A stretch of 63,635 nt of DNA, counting the filler, from Craspedostauros australis (Eukaryota), in assembly GCA_030167865.1 (NCBI GenBank). It is 5 parts of 5 records of this genome, joined end to end, with 100 filler letters (N's around TTAATTAATTAA, not from the genome) between each part and the next. Parts side by side here need not be neighbours in the genome. Positions count along the whole stretch, not along the records: positions 1 to 25,081 come from JALAGF010005627.1; 4 more parts are not named here. The stretch is one strand, 5' to 3'. The notes under the pieces were generated by a model that worked only from the letters and a program-made list of their open reading frames with translations, did no database searches and was not told where the DNA came from. Shown one piece after another: positions 1-12,065 of this stretch (the first letter of the stretch is position 1; every line of letters starts with the position of its first letter). A program made the translations under genes and the position numbers.

Positions 1-3000
1 GAATGACGGGTGAGTAGTGCTCTTGGAAGTCCACTCCTGCGACTTGTGAATAGCCACATGCAACGAGCCGCGCTCGATGTGTGCTGTCGCGTTTCAGCTT
101 GAAGACCCATTTGCATTTGCAGCATCTACGGCCGCGTGGGATGGCGTCTCGTTTGATCTTGCTGTACACTTTGCGTGTGTCCATGGAGTCGAACTCCTTC
201 TTGATGGCTGCTCGATATCCCTTTCGATGGATAGGGTCTGGATGATTGAAGGCTCCATCAAATGTTGTTGGTTCGATGTGCTTCTCTGGTTCTTTGTTCT
301 CGTCCTGCATCGACAGTCCGATGTCGATCGCTGGTGATTCGGTAATGATTGCATTCATTCCGTACAGTCCTGTTGTGCTATGATGAGTGATCTTGATCTC
401 TTCTTCTTCGTCTATGATTTCTTCATCATCTGTAGTTTCGTTGTTGGATTTGTCAGTCATCTCATCGCTCAGTTCGTCACTCTCTTCCTCGGATGATGAC
501 GCGCTCTCATAACCTTCCTCCTTTTGACCTCGTTCGTTGAAGTCTGCGAGCTCATGTAGAGCTCTGGGAATATTCTTTCCTGTAGTTGGCTTGGGGTTAG
601 CTTCTCCCTTCCTGCCTCGTGCTTCATGATGTCGGATTCTCTCCTTTCTAGCTACGTCACGCTTGCTTGGTTTGCTTGGTGGAGGTTTTGATGGTATGTC
701 ATGTGTAGACCTCGCTGGTGTGTTCGGAGGAGTGATATCTCTGCCATCATCGTCGGCTTCGTCGCCGGACAGTGTGATCTCGTCATCCTCATGATTGGAT
801 TCGCTCCGATCTTCGTCGTTGTTATGGATTAGTTGAGTCACTACTCCATCGTCCTCATCATCCTCATCATCGCTGTCTGATAGGATGTGATACTTGTTCA
901 TGTTGGCGAAAGACACTCTCTTCGCTTCTGATGTTCGATGCGTTGCCGTCCTTGGCATTGCTCCCTTCTGTCCAATGGTTGTGAAGCCGTCTGCGTCCGT
1001 CATTCCTGCTTTGCTGGATATGTTCGGTGCTGGTGCTCAGCCACGGAACTGTCCGTATGATTGGTTGAGCCACTTGATGTCACCTGAGCAGATCAGTGAC
1101 TTGGTTGATGGTCTGTACATGTTATAGACCCCTGATGCGTGTTGGTGTGCATATCCGATGAACACCATCTCTTCTCCTCTATTCTTGAGTTTGGCGGTGA
1201 TCCCGCTGTAGGTAGTCTTCACAACACCCATTTCTCCAAATGTACGGAGTGCATCCGCATATGGTGGATCGTTGCCGAAGAATTGTCAATGTGGTGACTC
1301 CTTCTGGTTCTTCGCTACAGTGATGTTGGTGATAGCAGTGGCAATGCTCGCAGCTGCTGCCCACAGGCCATGTCTATACTCTTCGTCGAGCTGTGCTCCG
1401 TTGAGCATGGAGCGGATCTTGGTGTAGAGGTATGCGAACTTGCGTTCTACTCTACCGTTCTGTTGCGGCGTGTTTGATGCCGTGAATTCGAATTTCACGT
1501 TGAGTCTTGCATCGATGAGAATATCCTGCGTGGATTTGTTCTCTCTGCTGTTGTCTCCTCGGAAGATGATCTGTTGGTCACCAGTCTGTGACTTGATCGT
1601 CTGGACGAATCGTTTGATGTATCCTGGTTGATCACTTTTGNNNNNNNNNNNNNNNNNNNNNNNNNNNNNNNNNNNNNNNNNNNNNNNNNNAGAAAGAAAC
1701 TCCAGCAGTGATCCGTGCAGTCGTCCACGATCAGGGTCCAGTAGCGTTTATCTCCGAAGCTTATGTGTTTAGTGCAACTAATGTCAATGAAGAGACGTTC
1801 GCCGCGGCGAGTCGCTCTCGGAATGGTTGCCTTCGGAATATTCTTCACTCTTGCGTTCGCGACCGTGCAGTCGCGACATACCGGCATCTCGCCGATAATC
1901 TTCCATCCGTATTGGGCGGCTGTCCGCTTCATGGCTTCGAGTGGCGCGTGGCCGAGCATTCGATGCAAGTTCACCGCGCTGATCTCCTTGGATGGNNNNN
2001 NNNNNNNNNNNNNNNNNNNNNNNNNNNNNNNNNNNNNNNNNNNNNNNNNNNNNNNNNNNNNNNNNNNNNNNNNNNNNNNCGTGGGGAAGACTCGGTCGAA
2101 TACGATCTTCGTTCCGGATCCGTTGATGATGTCCATCAGAATGCCGTTGCTACCAAGCTGGTATCCATTGTACAGAGCCTTGTTCGTTGAGAAAAGGTTC
2201 ACTGCCATTTTCGGTGTGTACTTCACATCATCGAGCCAGATGATGTGGCCAGTGTTGTCTCGTTGCTTGACCTTCAAGCGAATGGATCNNNNNNNNNNNN
2301 NNNNNNNNNNNNNNNNNNNNNNNNNNNNNNNNNNNNNNGGCGGCTGTCCGCTTCATGGCTTCGAGTGGCGCGTGGCCGAGCATTCGATGCAAGTTCACCG
2401 CGCTGATCTCCTTGGATGGATTTTTGATGATGGCTGTACAAGCCTTGTCGTCGTTCGTTGGCATGATGGGATGCATCTGCACTCCCGTGATGAATCCGTT
2501 GGCCGTGGGGAAGACTCGGTCGAATACGATCTTCGTTCCGGATCCGTTNNNNNNNNNNNNNNNNNNNNNNNNNNNNNNNNNNNNNNNNNNNNNNNNNNNN
2601 NNNNNNNNNNNNNNNNNNNNNNNNNNNNNNNNNNNNNNNNNNNNNNNNNNNNNNNNNNNNNNGATGATGTGGCCAGTGTTGTCTCGTTGCTTGACCTTCA
2701 AGCGAATGGATCCCATTTTGGGAGAGTCCAGTTTCGTACTGTCTCCCACTTGGACGAAGGATTTGATGTGCCGCACGTTGAAGAGGGCGGAGTCTGAATT
2801 GACGATGTGACACGAAGCTCCGCTATCGGCGAGCCAGGTGTCCTTGTTGACCTTGTCCTTGTGCTTGGTGCTCAGCTCGTGGAGCTGCTCCACGGCTGCC
2901 GCAGCTATCTCGTCGTCGAAGCTACCGTCATCGTCGTCTTCGTGAACTCCATCTTCGTTGTATGGGTTGTGATGTTCCTCGTCATCCATGTTGTTGGGTA

Positions 3001-3988
3001 GTTGTGCGTAGTCTGATGGAATCGTATTGCTCCGATGTGATCCTGTGGCTGGATCGTATGGGTGGACGCGTGATCGCTCTCGCAAGAGTACACGCATACA
3101 TCCTCCAAGGATGTAGTGCAGATCTGTCTCTGGGATCGTCTCTGTCTCGTTCGCTTCGAGTATGCGGTTGATGACGACCGCGTTGACGAGAATCTCTTCA
3201 ATTGATCTGAAGTTCTCGGATAGGATGGATCCCATCATGTTGACCCATATCGGTCTGAGTACTCCTCGTTCGATTCCTGAGAACAGTTTCACTCCTGCTT
3301 CCATCACTGCATCAAAGATGAGTTGCTTCTGGATCACCAATGCTGTCTCTGTTGCATATGGGACGGTGTCATGACGATGGAGGTAGTTGGAGCTGTTGGG
3401 ATCCTCGATTGGTGGGAAGTCGATGTTCCCTGGGTAGACGACGCGCTCGTTTGGGTTGAAGCTGTCGTCTTGATGATTGCCGTCTTCGGATTCGTCGCTG
3501 TCATCTTCATCGAAGATGCCCGATCTGTTGTTCCCCGCCGCTGGAGGAGGCGGCGCCGCGCCGCTGTTCGTTTCGCCTTGGCCTCGATTAATGAAGGTTC
3601 CTGTTCTCTCGTATCTCCCTGCCTGGGGAGGAGGCATTTCGTCGCGGTTCACCTCGTCGTCTTCATCTGCGCCGTCCTCGTCGGCGTCTTCGTTGTCTTC
3701 GCTCATTGCCTCTTCGATGTCGCTATCGATGGCCTCGCTGTCCATCTCGGCTGCGTCGCCGTATGAACCAATCAGGTCGTGCGCGTTGAAGCAGCACTCG
3801 TAGCTCACTTCGCGTCTTGGATCCACCTCGTGGATGATTGGCTCCTCGCTGAGCCACTCCGGGACGATCTCATCGCCCTGTACTTCGTCGTCACTTCCGA
3901 CGCACTCGAAGTTGTCGAAGAAGGAGTCTTCGATGTAGTCGTCGGACATCAACATGCAGAGCGGCATGTCCTTTGCCGAGAGTACCAT
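1..3988 (-). pseudogene. Copia pol region (protease, integrase, N-terminus of RVT_2-type reverse transcriptase)
   Basis: Motifs as above. In-frame TGA stops at 1286-1288 (SPH*QFFG) and 1037-1039 (QFRG*APAP); the frame then stays open to the window edge. Interrupted by N gaps with locally duplicated blocks. Confidence 0.9.
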
Positions 3989-4347
3989 CTCGTGCCCGCT
4001 CTTGTCGTGTCCTTCCGTTGCTGTGTTGACCTGNNNNNNNNNNNNNNNNNNNNNNNNNNNNNNNNNNNNNNNNNNNNNNNNNNGTCTTCGTTGTCTTCGC
4101 TCATTGCCTCTTCGATGTCGCTATCGATGGCCTCGCTGTCCATCTCGGCTGCGTCGCCGTATGAACCAATCAGGTCGTGCGCGTTGAAGCAGCACTCGTA
4201 GCTCACTTCGCGTCTTGGATCCACCTCGTGGATGATTGGCTCCTCGCTGAGCCACTCCGGGANNNNNNNNNNNNNNNNNNNNNNNNNNNNNNNNNNNNNN
4301 NNNNNNNNNNNNNNNNNNNNNNNNNNNNNNNNNNNNNNNNNNNNNNN

Positions 4348-5829
4348 CAACATGCAGAGCGGCATGTCCTTTGCCGAGAGTACCATCTCGTGCCCGCTCT
4401 TGTCGTGTCCTTCCGTTGCTGTGTTGACCTGTTCGTTGGCCTTCTTCATCTCGTTGAACTTCTTCTTTCGGCACTCCGCCTCGCGATGTCCGAAGATGCC
4501 GCAGTAGTTGCACTTGCCATTGAAGCCACTTCCCTTGTTGCGGTTGTTGTTGCGTTTTCCGTTCATTCTGCTGTTGTTGTTGTTGTTGTTGTTGTTTTTC
4601 TTGTTGTTCGATTTCTTGCGTTCTGGGCAATTGGCGGATCTATGGCCATACACGCCACAGTTGTGACAAGTACCCTTGAAGTTACCGGTGCTTGTGAAGC
4701 CGGTGTTGTTGCTCTTCGTGTTGCTGTCTTGGAAGTCGTCGACGTACGCCTTGCCTCCTTGGTGAGTGGCGTATGCAGTGCGGAGTACTCCTCTGATTGC
4801 GTTGATGGTAACCAGTTCCGGATTGAACGTGAGTTGGTGTTGGAAGTTCACGATGTGCGTTCTGTACTCGTTGCTCACCGTGCTGAGGATTTGCATGATC
4901 ATTTCCTCGTCCGTGATCTCGTACTTGACATCGTGGAGACGCGATCGTAGACTCTCGAGTCGCGTGATGTAGATGTCTGGGTCCGAGTCTCTCTTCATCT
5001 TTTTGTTGTTGAATTGGCACTTGGGTTTGATCTTCGTCACCACGTCGGATGGGCGGAACTTCTCCACGAGAACGTTCCACGCAGCGTGTGGATCCCCCTT
5101 GGGGTAATCGTCGGAGATACACTGATTGATGTATTGGATGGCCTGCTTGCCCTTTCTCTTCTCTGCATCCATCATGAGGATCAGATCGCTGAAGCAGTCG
5201 CATCCCAGCTCGTAGGTTTCCTCCAGTGCTTCCCTGTCTGCTTCGGCGGCTGCTGCAATCTCGCTCACTGTTGGCACCTTGGTCTTGCCCAACATCACGT
5301 CTCTCGTCTTCTGTGCACGAGCCTATGCTTTCGCTTGGGACTCCCATGCGCTGTAGTCTTCCTGTTCACCGCTGAACATTGGCGCCTTGATGCGTCGCTT
5401 GTTCATGTTGGCTGATGTCGCCATGTTGATTCGTTGTTTCGTTGTTGGTGCGCTCGCGCCCTTGATTTCCGTTTGTTTCTGTGTTGTCGATTCTTCGATT
5501 TTCGCTTGTTGTTTCGCGGAGATTGTTTTTGTCACAAATTCTCCTCCTGGTGGTGTCTCGCTTTTCCCACCCTGTTTGGCTGTGCGAATGCTCTCCGTCA
5601 CACCAGTCTCCTCTTGCTTGGCCGCCTTGAGGATACTCTTCTTCTCGCGGTGTAGTCTCGCAGACCGTTCTTCTTCGGTCTCGTCGATCGCGCTTGCCTC
5701 TGCGCCTGATAGGACAGTAGCCGCAGCTGCTTCCTCCTGTTCTTGAAGTCGAGTCTCGCTCGCACCTTCTTCTTGCTTGATAGCCGGATTGGACAGAGGG
5801 ATGTCTTTCAATTCCTCTTCCTCGCTCAT
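4348..5829 (-). pseudogene. Copia gag with two CX2CX4HX4C zinc knuckles
   Basis: ORFs 5323-5829 and 3949-5298 are in the same frame, separated by one TAG (WESQAKA*ARAQK). Motifs PMFSGEQEDYSAW, DPDIYITRLESLR, CHNCGVYGHRSANC and CNYCGIFGHREAEC. Confidence 0.88.
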
Positions 5830-5944
5830 TCAGCCTGCTGCTCTCGAATGATGTTCGTCTTCCTCGCACGATCCGATCCACGGGATCGCCCTGATCTATC
5901 GTTTATAAACGTGTTGGCAAGTTCCGCGCACGGTAACCTACGAT

Positions 5945-6187
5945 TGTGGAAGATGGTGTTGGTTGATAGTCTTCTGTTTGCTATTTCATTACTTGGCTAG
6001 TCCGATCCTCTTGGTGTACGCCCGTTCTCTTGTCTGATGCTCTTGGTACTTCAATCTGTTTCGTAGATTCGGTCTCCGACTATGAGTTGGTACACAAGAT
6101 ACTCTCTCGCTCCTCTCTGTATTCTCTCTCTCTCAATATTGTGTGCTTCGTGCCATATGATACTCCGTGTTCGATGCGTACTCCACA
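5945..6187 (-). repeat. Putative 5' LTR of the Copia element
   Basis: Segment upstream of gag bounded by a 6-bp inverted repeat TGTGGA...TCCACA (TG...CA rule). The second LTR is outside the window. The same strand bias continues to ~6415, so the true LTR could be longer. Confidence 0.4.
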
Positions 6188-8421
6188 TTCGACACTCCGT
6201 TCATTCAGTACTGGTTCCTACTCCATGAGTACTTACCATTTGAAGTTCATCTCCCATATCCATGATCCTGATGCCCTTCGGTCATCGGATCTTCGCCTCC
6301 TGTTCTGACTTGGAGACAGATGTCGACGTGGTGACATGATGACATCCTGTCGACGTCAGTAGGCGTCCTTCTGCTCTCCAGATGTCACGTTCCATTGGTG
6401 ATGCAGGAGTCTGTCAGATGGAGGAATGAAGAGTGAGGAAGAAACAGGCAAGCGAGCTTGCAAGCAGTATTCCAATCAGACACACAGGAAAAGATGCAAG
6501 AACAGCGACCAGCAACTACAAGATGAAGTGACACAGACACAACAAGATGCCAATGGAGATGGAGATGAAAGCTTCAAAATGCCAGGAGCAACCTGTGGGC
6601 GGAAGTGTCAGAGAGGCATGTGAATAATTTGCCAGTTGAGTGGACTAGAATGCGTGTGCTGTGCGCGAAGTTCACCCGAGTTACCCCAGGTCGTGACCGT
6701 GTGTGAACCGATTCACCCCAGAGAACAAGATCATGCGAGTGAAGGAGAACATGCCAGGAGACGACACAGACAGCGACGAAATGAGGGTTGGACACAACCA
6801 TGGTACCAACTACGATGGTCTCGCATTAACTCGACACTCTCTAAGCGCATACTATCAGGGTCCGTCGGGCGTGCTTCTTTTTAATCGACCACCACTTGAT
6901 TGTGTGGTTTTATATTTATCCCGCAGCTCCTGAGGGTGGCTGAACGACAAAAACAGAGCGTGCCATGCCTGTGAGTGGGCTGAATCCTTTCCGGTCGGAG
7001 TAGTAGTAGTTTGCATCAAAGCTGTCTTTGAGATTTCGCATTTGTTTGCCCTGTATAGTCCGGCAACATCGCGGAGACATAGAAGCAGATCTGTCTGTGG
7101 GTTGTGGGATGGCGCTTGGAGTGCCAATGGTCCCACCAACCATCTTGCCAAGCACTCAGTTTGGATCATGGTGTTCTGGGATACGAGCAACACTTCCAGT
7201 TTGCAAATGCGCCCACGCAGCGCGGTCTCTCCGCTGATACGGGTCAACCGCATAGATCTTTGGGAGTGGGGTGCGTTTTGGTACAATCCTGCACAGCGTT
7301 GCTCTCGACAGGCCTTCGTCCAATGCTGTTCCAACTCATGTGCGCATCTGCATATTCGTACCCATGATACTCGTAATCTTAATCTTGATTTGCTCTACTT
7401 GACATGTGTACTCTGGCTGTGCTATCATAATGGCAATGGTGCATTCATCATCCTTGTCCGGCGTGGTCGAGGATTCTCATCGTATTCTTGTTGGTTCCAG
7501 TTTGCGGCTGATACTATTCCAGTGGAACAGAGTGGAGTGGGGTGCTCCACAGAAATGCATGGCAGAGCGGAGCGTGCAGAGCACGCAGTTTTTCTCCAAG
7601 GTGACAACGGAATCGCGAAGTGGGTATCGCTGTCGGTATCGGTATCAGGATCGGCGTCGCCATCGTGTTGTGCTCTGCTCGTGAAGTTCAACTCTGTGTT
7701 CTCCACCCACATGCTATTCTACTCGTGTGTGCTCGTGTACTTTGCAATGGTTTCTGTCTGATCACCTGTCGATGAACGCGCGAAAGTTCAGTTTCACTTC
7801 TCCGCTTCTACGCGGATGTAGGTCTAAGTATGTGCCCTTGTCCTGGTCGAGTTCATGTGCCCCTTCCATAACGAGCAGTTCTTTCCCCTTGGTTTGGTCG
7901 TCATCTGGAGGCGCTGCTCATTGCTCGCATTTATGGTTGGGCAGACACGCACTCATCATAGGTAACTTGACACACAATCTTTCCGCAAGTCGAACCACCA
8001 TCACCACCACTACACAACAATAACACAGTGACATAGCCCGCCACCTTCACTTGACGATACGAGCAGCGCAGCAACATGAACCTATCGTACTCTCATGAGT
8101 GATGCAAGTATCGTTGACTACTCGCCACACTGGTACAGGTGGATGTCGTGGGACACCGATACCCCTTTGCTATGCTCACGCTCTCGCTCCTTGTTGGGAG
8201 AGGGAGGAGGACGAGGCTGCGCCCTGCCCATTGCAACGCGACGACGAATACTGCGATGCTGGCTGAGTTGTATTCGTCACTACGACTGCAACTGCAACCG
8301 CAACAGGGACCACAATCAGATCCCCATCACGCACAACACCAGAACACAGTACTCTCTCCCCCAAGAGCACCACGTACGCAAACTTCCACTGGAAAGCACC
8401 TGGCTTCACCCAAGTTGCACA

Positions 8422-8477
8422 ATACCATACCATACCATACCATACCATACCATACCATACCATACCATACCATACCA
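8422..8477 (+). repeat. (CATAC)n microsatellite
   Basis: About 11 tandem CATAC units seen directly. Confidence 0.95.
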
Positions 8478-8610
8478 CCACCTTTGCAACAACGTCAACG
8501 CTTTCTATCCGTAGAGATACTTCTCTACCAAACGCCATAATATCAACGACGCCATAAACTTTGCCACAGGCAGCGTCCATAGATTGAAAAGCACAGTTTG
8601 CCTGAGGACC

Positions 8611-9183
8611 ATGGGAAGATCAGGCATTCCATCCGGACCACCATCATGCAGTGGTGCATCATCCCAACGCACGACCAACGCCCACAATCATTCTCGTCGC
8701 CATCCTCATCGCTTCGTTCGTGGTCAGCCGCAAAGCCCAACTACGAGTACGAGACTGGATCAGCTGACAGCCGATGTCTACAACTGGCTCACGAGCTCAA
8801 GCGACAATGATGCAATGAATCGACCCGGGGGTCGATCGCGCCCATTGACTTCTCCACCAACAGCTCTGTCGCCCTTCACCGTGGATCCACATCCGCATAT
8901 GGCCATCCCTACGAGACGGAACGGCGATGGCAGGCTGTTCTCAGCGCACGGCCGTTCCAACCCAACGGAGATCCTCGACATTGTCGACAATGTGCTTCTC
9001 ATCGTTCAAACGGACATCGCTGATGAAGCGATGAATGCGACGGCCAGCGCAACGCAACGCGGGGGACGCAGCACTGATGGTGCCGATGATGCTGCGATGG
9101 ATGACTCGGACGTGCAACCGAATCGATCACAACAGCCACCATCGGACTGCGACAGACGACAGAATGGTCGACAGCAAGAATGA
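8611..9183 (+). CDS. Hypothetical, largely disordered protein with an EILDIVDNVLLIV amphipathic helix
   Basis: 190-codon ORF from ATG 8611; S/P/R/D-rich; motif resembles that in ORF 14325-14885. No recognised family. Confidence 0.45.
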   Translation: MGRSGIPSGPPSCSGASSQRTTNAHNHSRRHPHRFVRGQPQSPTTSTRLDQLTADVYNWLTSSSDNDAMNRPGGRSRPLTSPPTALSPFTVDPHPHMAIPTRRNGDGRLFSAHGRSNPTEILDIVDNVLLIVQTDIADEAMNATASATQRGGRSTDGADDAAMDDSDVQPNRSQQPPSDCDRRQNGRQQE

Positions 9184-10184
9184 TTAACTCTACTGGTCGT
9201 GCGCGCATGCACCACACAAAATCGCACCATCCCCAGCAACATGCGATCTCCTCGGGCTCGAATTGGCTGGCCCAGAGCACCAACATGATATTACGACTAT
9301 ACTCTATGTTCATCGCGGGAGGCCTTTGAACAGCAAGCGCGTCTCTACATTCACAGCAAGCAGCTATGATGCGTTTTACGATCCCACATGCACCGCAGGG
9401 TGTTTTCTCTGAGCCATACCCAACATGGCGTGATGGCTTTGGTGCCGTGGCAGGCTGTCAGTTTTCGCCTTACATGAGTTATGCCAATCACTCCAGTTTC
9501 AACATAAGTCATGTCTGGAGAGAAAGTACTCTGCGAGCATGTATAATAGTCAATGGGGCATCCATACTTTCTCTACGGGCTCCTCCGCGATGCTCTGCCC
9601 TCACCCTGTTGTACTTGCAACTCTTCATGAAGGGGTTGCTGATTACCTCGTACGAGTATGTTCGCTCTAATATGTTGCATTTTGGTGCGTGTGATTCGCC
9701 GCCCACGCCTCTCCATTCGAAGACGGAGGTGGCAGCAGCAAGAGCAGGATCGTGTCTCCGTTTTGGCCACTTTTGCAGATGGTGCTGTGGCATGGTTGCC
9801 ATGCCAACCCAAAGGGCGGAAGATGTCATTTTGGAACGCTGGGAGGCTCGGAAGCATTCGTAACATAGGGTGTCAATGCTGGTGGCCGTCTTTTGCGAGC
9901 TACTGGACTTCAGACTGGGCTGCTGGCCTGTTGATGAATCGTCGATGAATCGTCGATGAATCGTGTATGTGTACACAGTCAGCGCCAATACGGGTGGGCC
10001 GTGGCCTGTGAGCGCGCATTCTGCGGTCGGAACTGGCAGATTTGTTGAACCGCTTGTGCGCTGCCGGACCCAACTTGTCAAAGTACAAGTATTATGCCAT
10101 TGTAACGGACCATCGGCGGGGACAGCAGTAAGTTGGGGGTAGATCAATACTAGCGTCGGTTTGCGAAGTTGTCGTCGATCACTG

Positions 10185-12065
10185 TCACGTCCCCAAAACA
10201 TAGGTTCCTGTTGTCATATTTGGAACGACCGCCTCCACGAAACCCGGGCTTGGGAGCTGCGGGTTGCGGTACCTCGCGACGCTGACCAACTTGCCCTCGT
10301 CGACAAAAGCAAGCCACGCCATCAGCATCTGTTTCGATCTTGGTACGTTCTTGTTGTATGGTGCGCAGTCATCGCCAAATACCACCGTGCCAGGATGCGA
10401 TACCTGCAGGAGCCAACGGAGGTCGTTCGCCACGCCTTCGCTGCTGTGATCGCCATCGACTACGATGATGTCGCAAGTCTGACCACGCATCATCCCTGCC
10501 TCCTCGCCCTCGTCGACGTGGATGCTGGTTAGAGTTTGCTTGGAATCGCCCCAGACAACGTGGAAGTGCTCGGCTCCGAACTCATCCTCCATTTTCTTCG
10601 CGATTGGTCTGGATGATCCGACCTTGCCCAGATCCCAGCCATGGTAGTGAACGTGGACTCTTGCGTGCTCGCTGTTGCTGTTGATGTTGCTGTTGCCGTT
10701 GGCGCTGGTGGTGTTGGCTTTGTGGAAGGCGAGAAATAGCATAGCAGAGTGCCCACCGTTGAACCCGGTCTCGCAAACATGCACATGCACCAGTGATCGA
10801 GATGCGCGTGGCAGATTTGCTTGATCACGGTGCTTCTTCTGAATTACGTGCCGCATGGCTTCGGTGTATCGGTAGGTTTGAAAACGGTTACTTCCAACAT
10901 GTCCAACGAACTTCTTCGTCGTTTCCTGATGCCACCCAGACAGCTGTTCCCAGGCCTTTAGCACCTTGGGATCGATGGTGATCATATTCTGATTCCATTT
11001 TGGAGGAACGCGGATGTGGACGTTCTCTTTCTGGAACCAGCGGCCGGTACTGTCGATGACGTTGAGCTTCACGTTGGCATCCAGGAAGTAATCGTCGATT
11101 GCCGCTTTGCACTGCGGCCAATGTCCGTAGTCGTCAATGATGACGATGCCGCCGACGCGCACGCGGCGGTACAGCGCGAAGAGGGCTTGCAACGTGGAGG
11201 CGTACAGATCCCCATCAAGACGCAAGATCGCAATGTCTTCGATCGGTGCATCGGGCAAAGTGTCCTCAAACCAACCCTCCAGAAATCGGATGGGCACATC
11301 GCCAGAGCCGTCCGTCCCGAATCCATGCTTCACGAACGTCCGCTTAACCGTCTCCACGCCGCCTTTGATCTTGTATGATCCGGGCCCGTCCATGCGCTTG
11401 CTGAAGCCACCATCCGCGATGTTCTCTTTCGCAGCCTCCTGCGGCAAGCCTTCGAAGGAGTCTGCCAGCCAGATCGTGCGTTTGGGTACGTTGCCGCACT
11501 CTGGCGTGTTCTGCGCCGTGCGCTGCACGATGGCCGCGAGCAGCGACGCCCCGCCCTTCCACGTCCCGGTCTCCACCCAATCTCCAGGAATGACGGGATC
11601 CTGCTGCAGGATCAGCTCCATCATCATGTCTCGAACGTTGCGGCGTCGTTGCCGGCTGAGCATGGTGGGAACCCCGTTCTTCCCCAAGTACGGCAGCGTG
11701 ACGTTGCGAATAATCTCCCGACACAGCTCCACATCCAGGGCCCCGTTCGACACCGATCCCTTCTTATAGGTGGAGTCTCGCCCACGCGCAACAGATTGGA
11801 GGGTCGGGCTGCCGTCACCACCGCCTTCATCGCGGTTGTAATCGTGCGATGCCCGCATGGAAGCATCTATCTTTCCAATGTCGGCGTCATTCTGGTTGAT
11901 CCAAAGCGCTGCCACGAATGTGACCAGGAGCATCAGAAATCGAAGGATGTTCCCTTTGCCGCAAAAATGACGACAGCAACTGGAGAATCCAGAGGCAGCC
12001 CTCGCGTGCCTGCCCAGCTCTCGTCTGCGTCCTGTCACATGGTGATCCCATTCCACCCCCACCAT
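10185..12065 (-). CDS. Membrane-anchored double methyltransferase: TylF/MycF/NovP-type O-methyltransferase plus a C-terminal class I SAM (Methyltransf_24-like) domain
   Basis: 626 aa, no intron needed. N-terminal hydrophobic anchor ILRFLMLLVTFVAALWI. TylF motifs PGDWVETGTWKGG, WLADSFEGLP, FLEGWFEDTLP, LRLDGDLYAST, GGIVIIDDY. Second domain CETGFNGGHSA, GDSKQT, DIIVVDGDHS, PGTVVFGDD. Confidence 0.9.
   Translation of the reverse strand: MVGVEWDHHVTGRRRELGRHARAASGFSSCCRHFCGKGNILRFLMLLVTFVAALWINQNDADIGKIDASMRASHDYNRDEGGGDGSPTLQSVARGRDSTYKKGSVSNGALDVELCREIIRNVTLPYLGKNGVPTMLSRQRRRNVRDMMMELILQQDPVIPGDWVETGTWKGGASLLAAIVQRTAQNTPECGNVPKRTIWLADSFEGLPQEAAKENIADGGFSKRMDGPGSYKIKGGVETVKRTFVKHGFGTDGSGDVPIRFLEGWFEDTLPDAPIEDIAILRLDGDLYASTLQALFALYRRVRVGGIVIIDDYGHWPQCKAAIDDYFLDANVKLNVIDSTGRWFQKENVHIRVPPKWNQNMITIDPKVLKAWEQLSGWHQETTKKFVGHVGSNRFQTYRYTEAMRHVIQKKHRDQANLPRASRSLVHVHVCETGFNGGHSAMLFLAFHKANTTSANGNSNINSNSEHARVHVHYHGWDLGKVGSSRPIAKKMEDEFGAEHFHVVWGDSKQTLTSIHVDEGEEAGMMRGQTCDIIVVDGDHSSEGVANDLRWLLQVSHPGTVVFGDDCAPYNKNVPRSKQMLMAWLAFVDEGKLVSVARYRNPQLPSPGFVEAVVPNMTTGTYVLGT

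Larger units (their letters stand above)
1..6187 (-). mobile_element. Ty1/Copia LTR retrotransposon (diatom CoDi-like), 5' portion, decayed; runs off the left edge of the window
   Basis: Minus-strand domain order is Gag with 2 zinc knuckles, protease (WLADSGASCH), GAG-pre-integrase (LHRMLGH..C..C), integrase (FIDIS, RGDNS, TPQQNGRVERK), then RT start (CKWVFKLKRD..HRARLVACGYSQVAGVDF). PR-IN-RT order is diagnostic of Copia. Confidence 0.95.

Noticed and set aside
1915..4433. Apparent tandem duplications inside the Copia element (e.g. 1915-1995 vs 2339-2419; 3685-3863 vs 4084-4262)
   Set aside because: Apparently identical copies directly abutting N gaps at constant offsets; typical gap-filling artefacts.
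5323..5325. In-frame TAG in gag as programmed readthrough
   Set aside because: The context TAG-GCT is not a known readthrough signal, a Tyr codon (KAYAR) fits, and the element carries other stops. Simple decay is more likely.
6855..8023. ORFs of 100-240 aa between the Copia element and 8.6 kb
   Set aside because: No recognisable motifs or coding-like composition; not supportable as genes.
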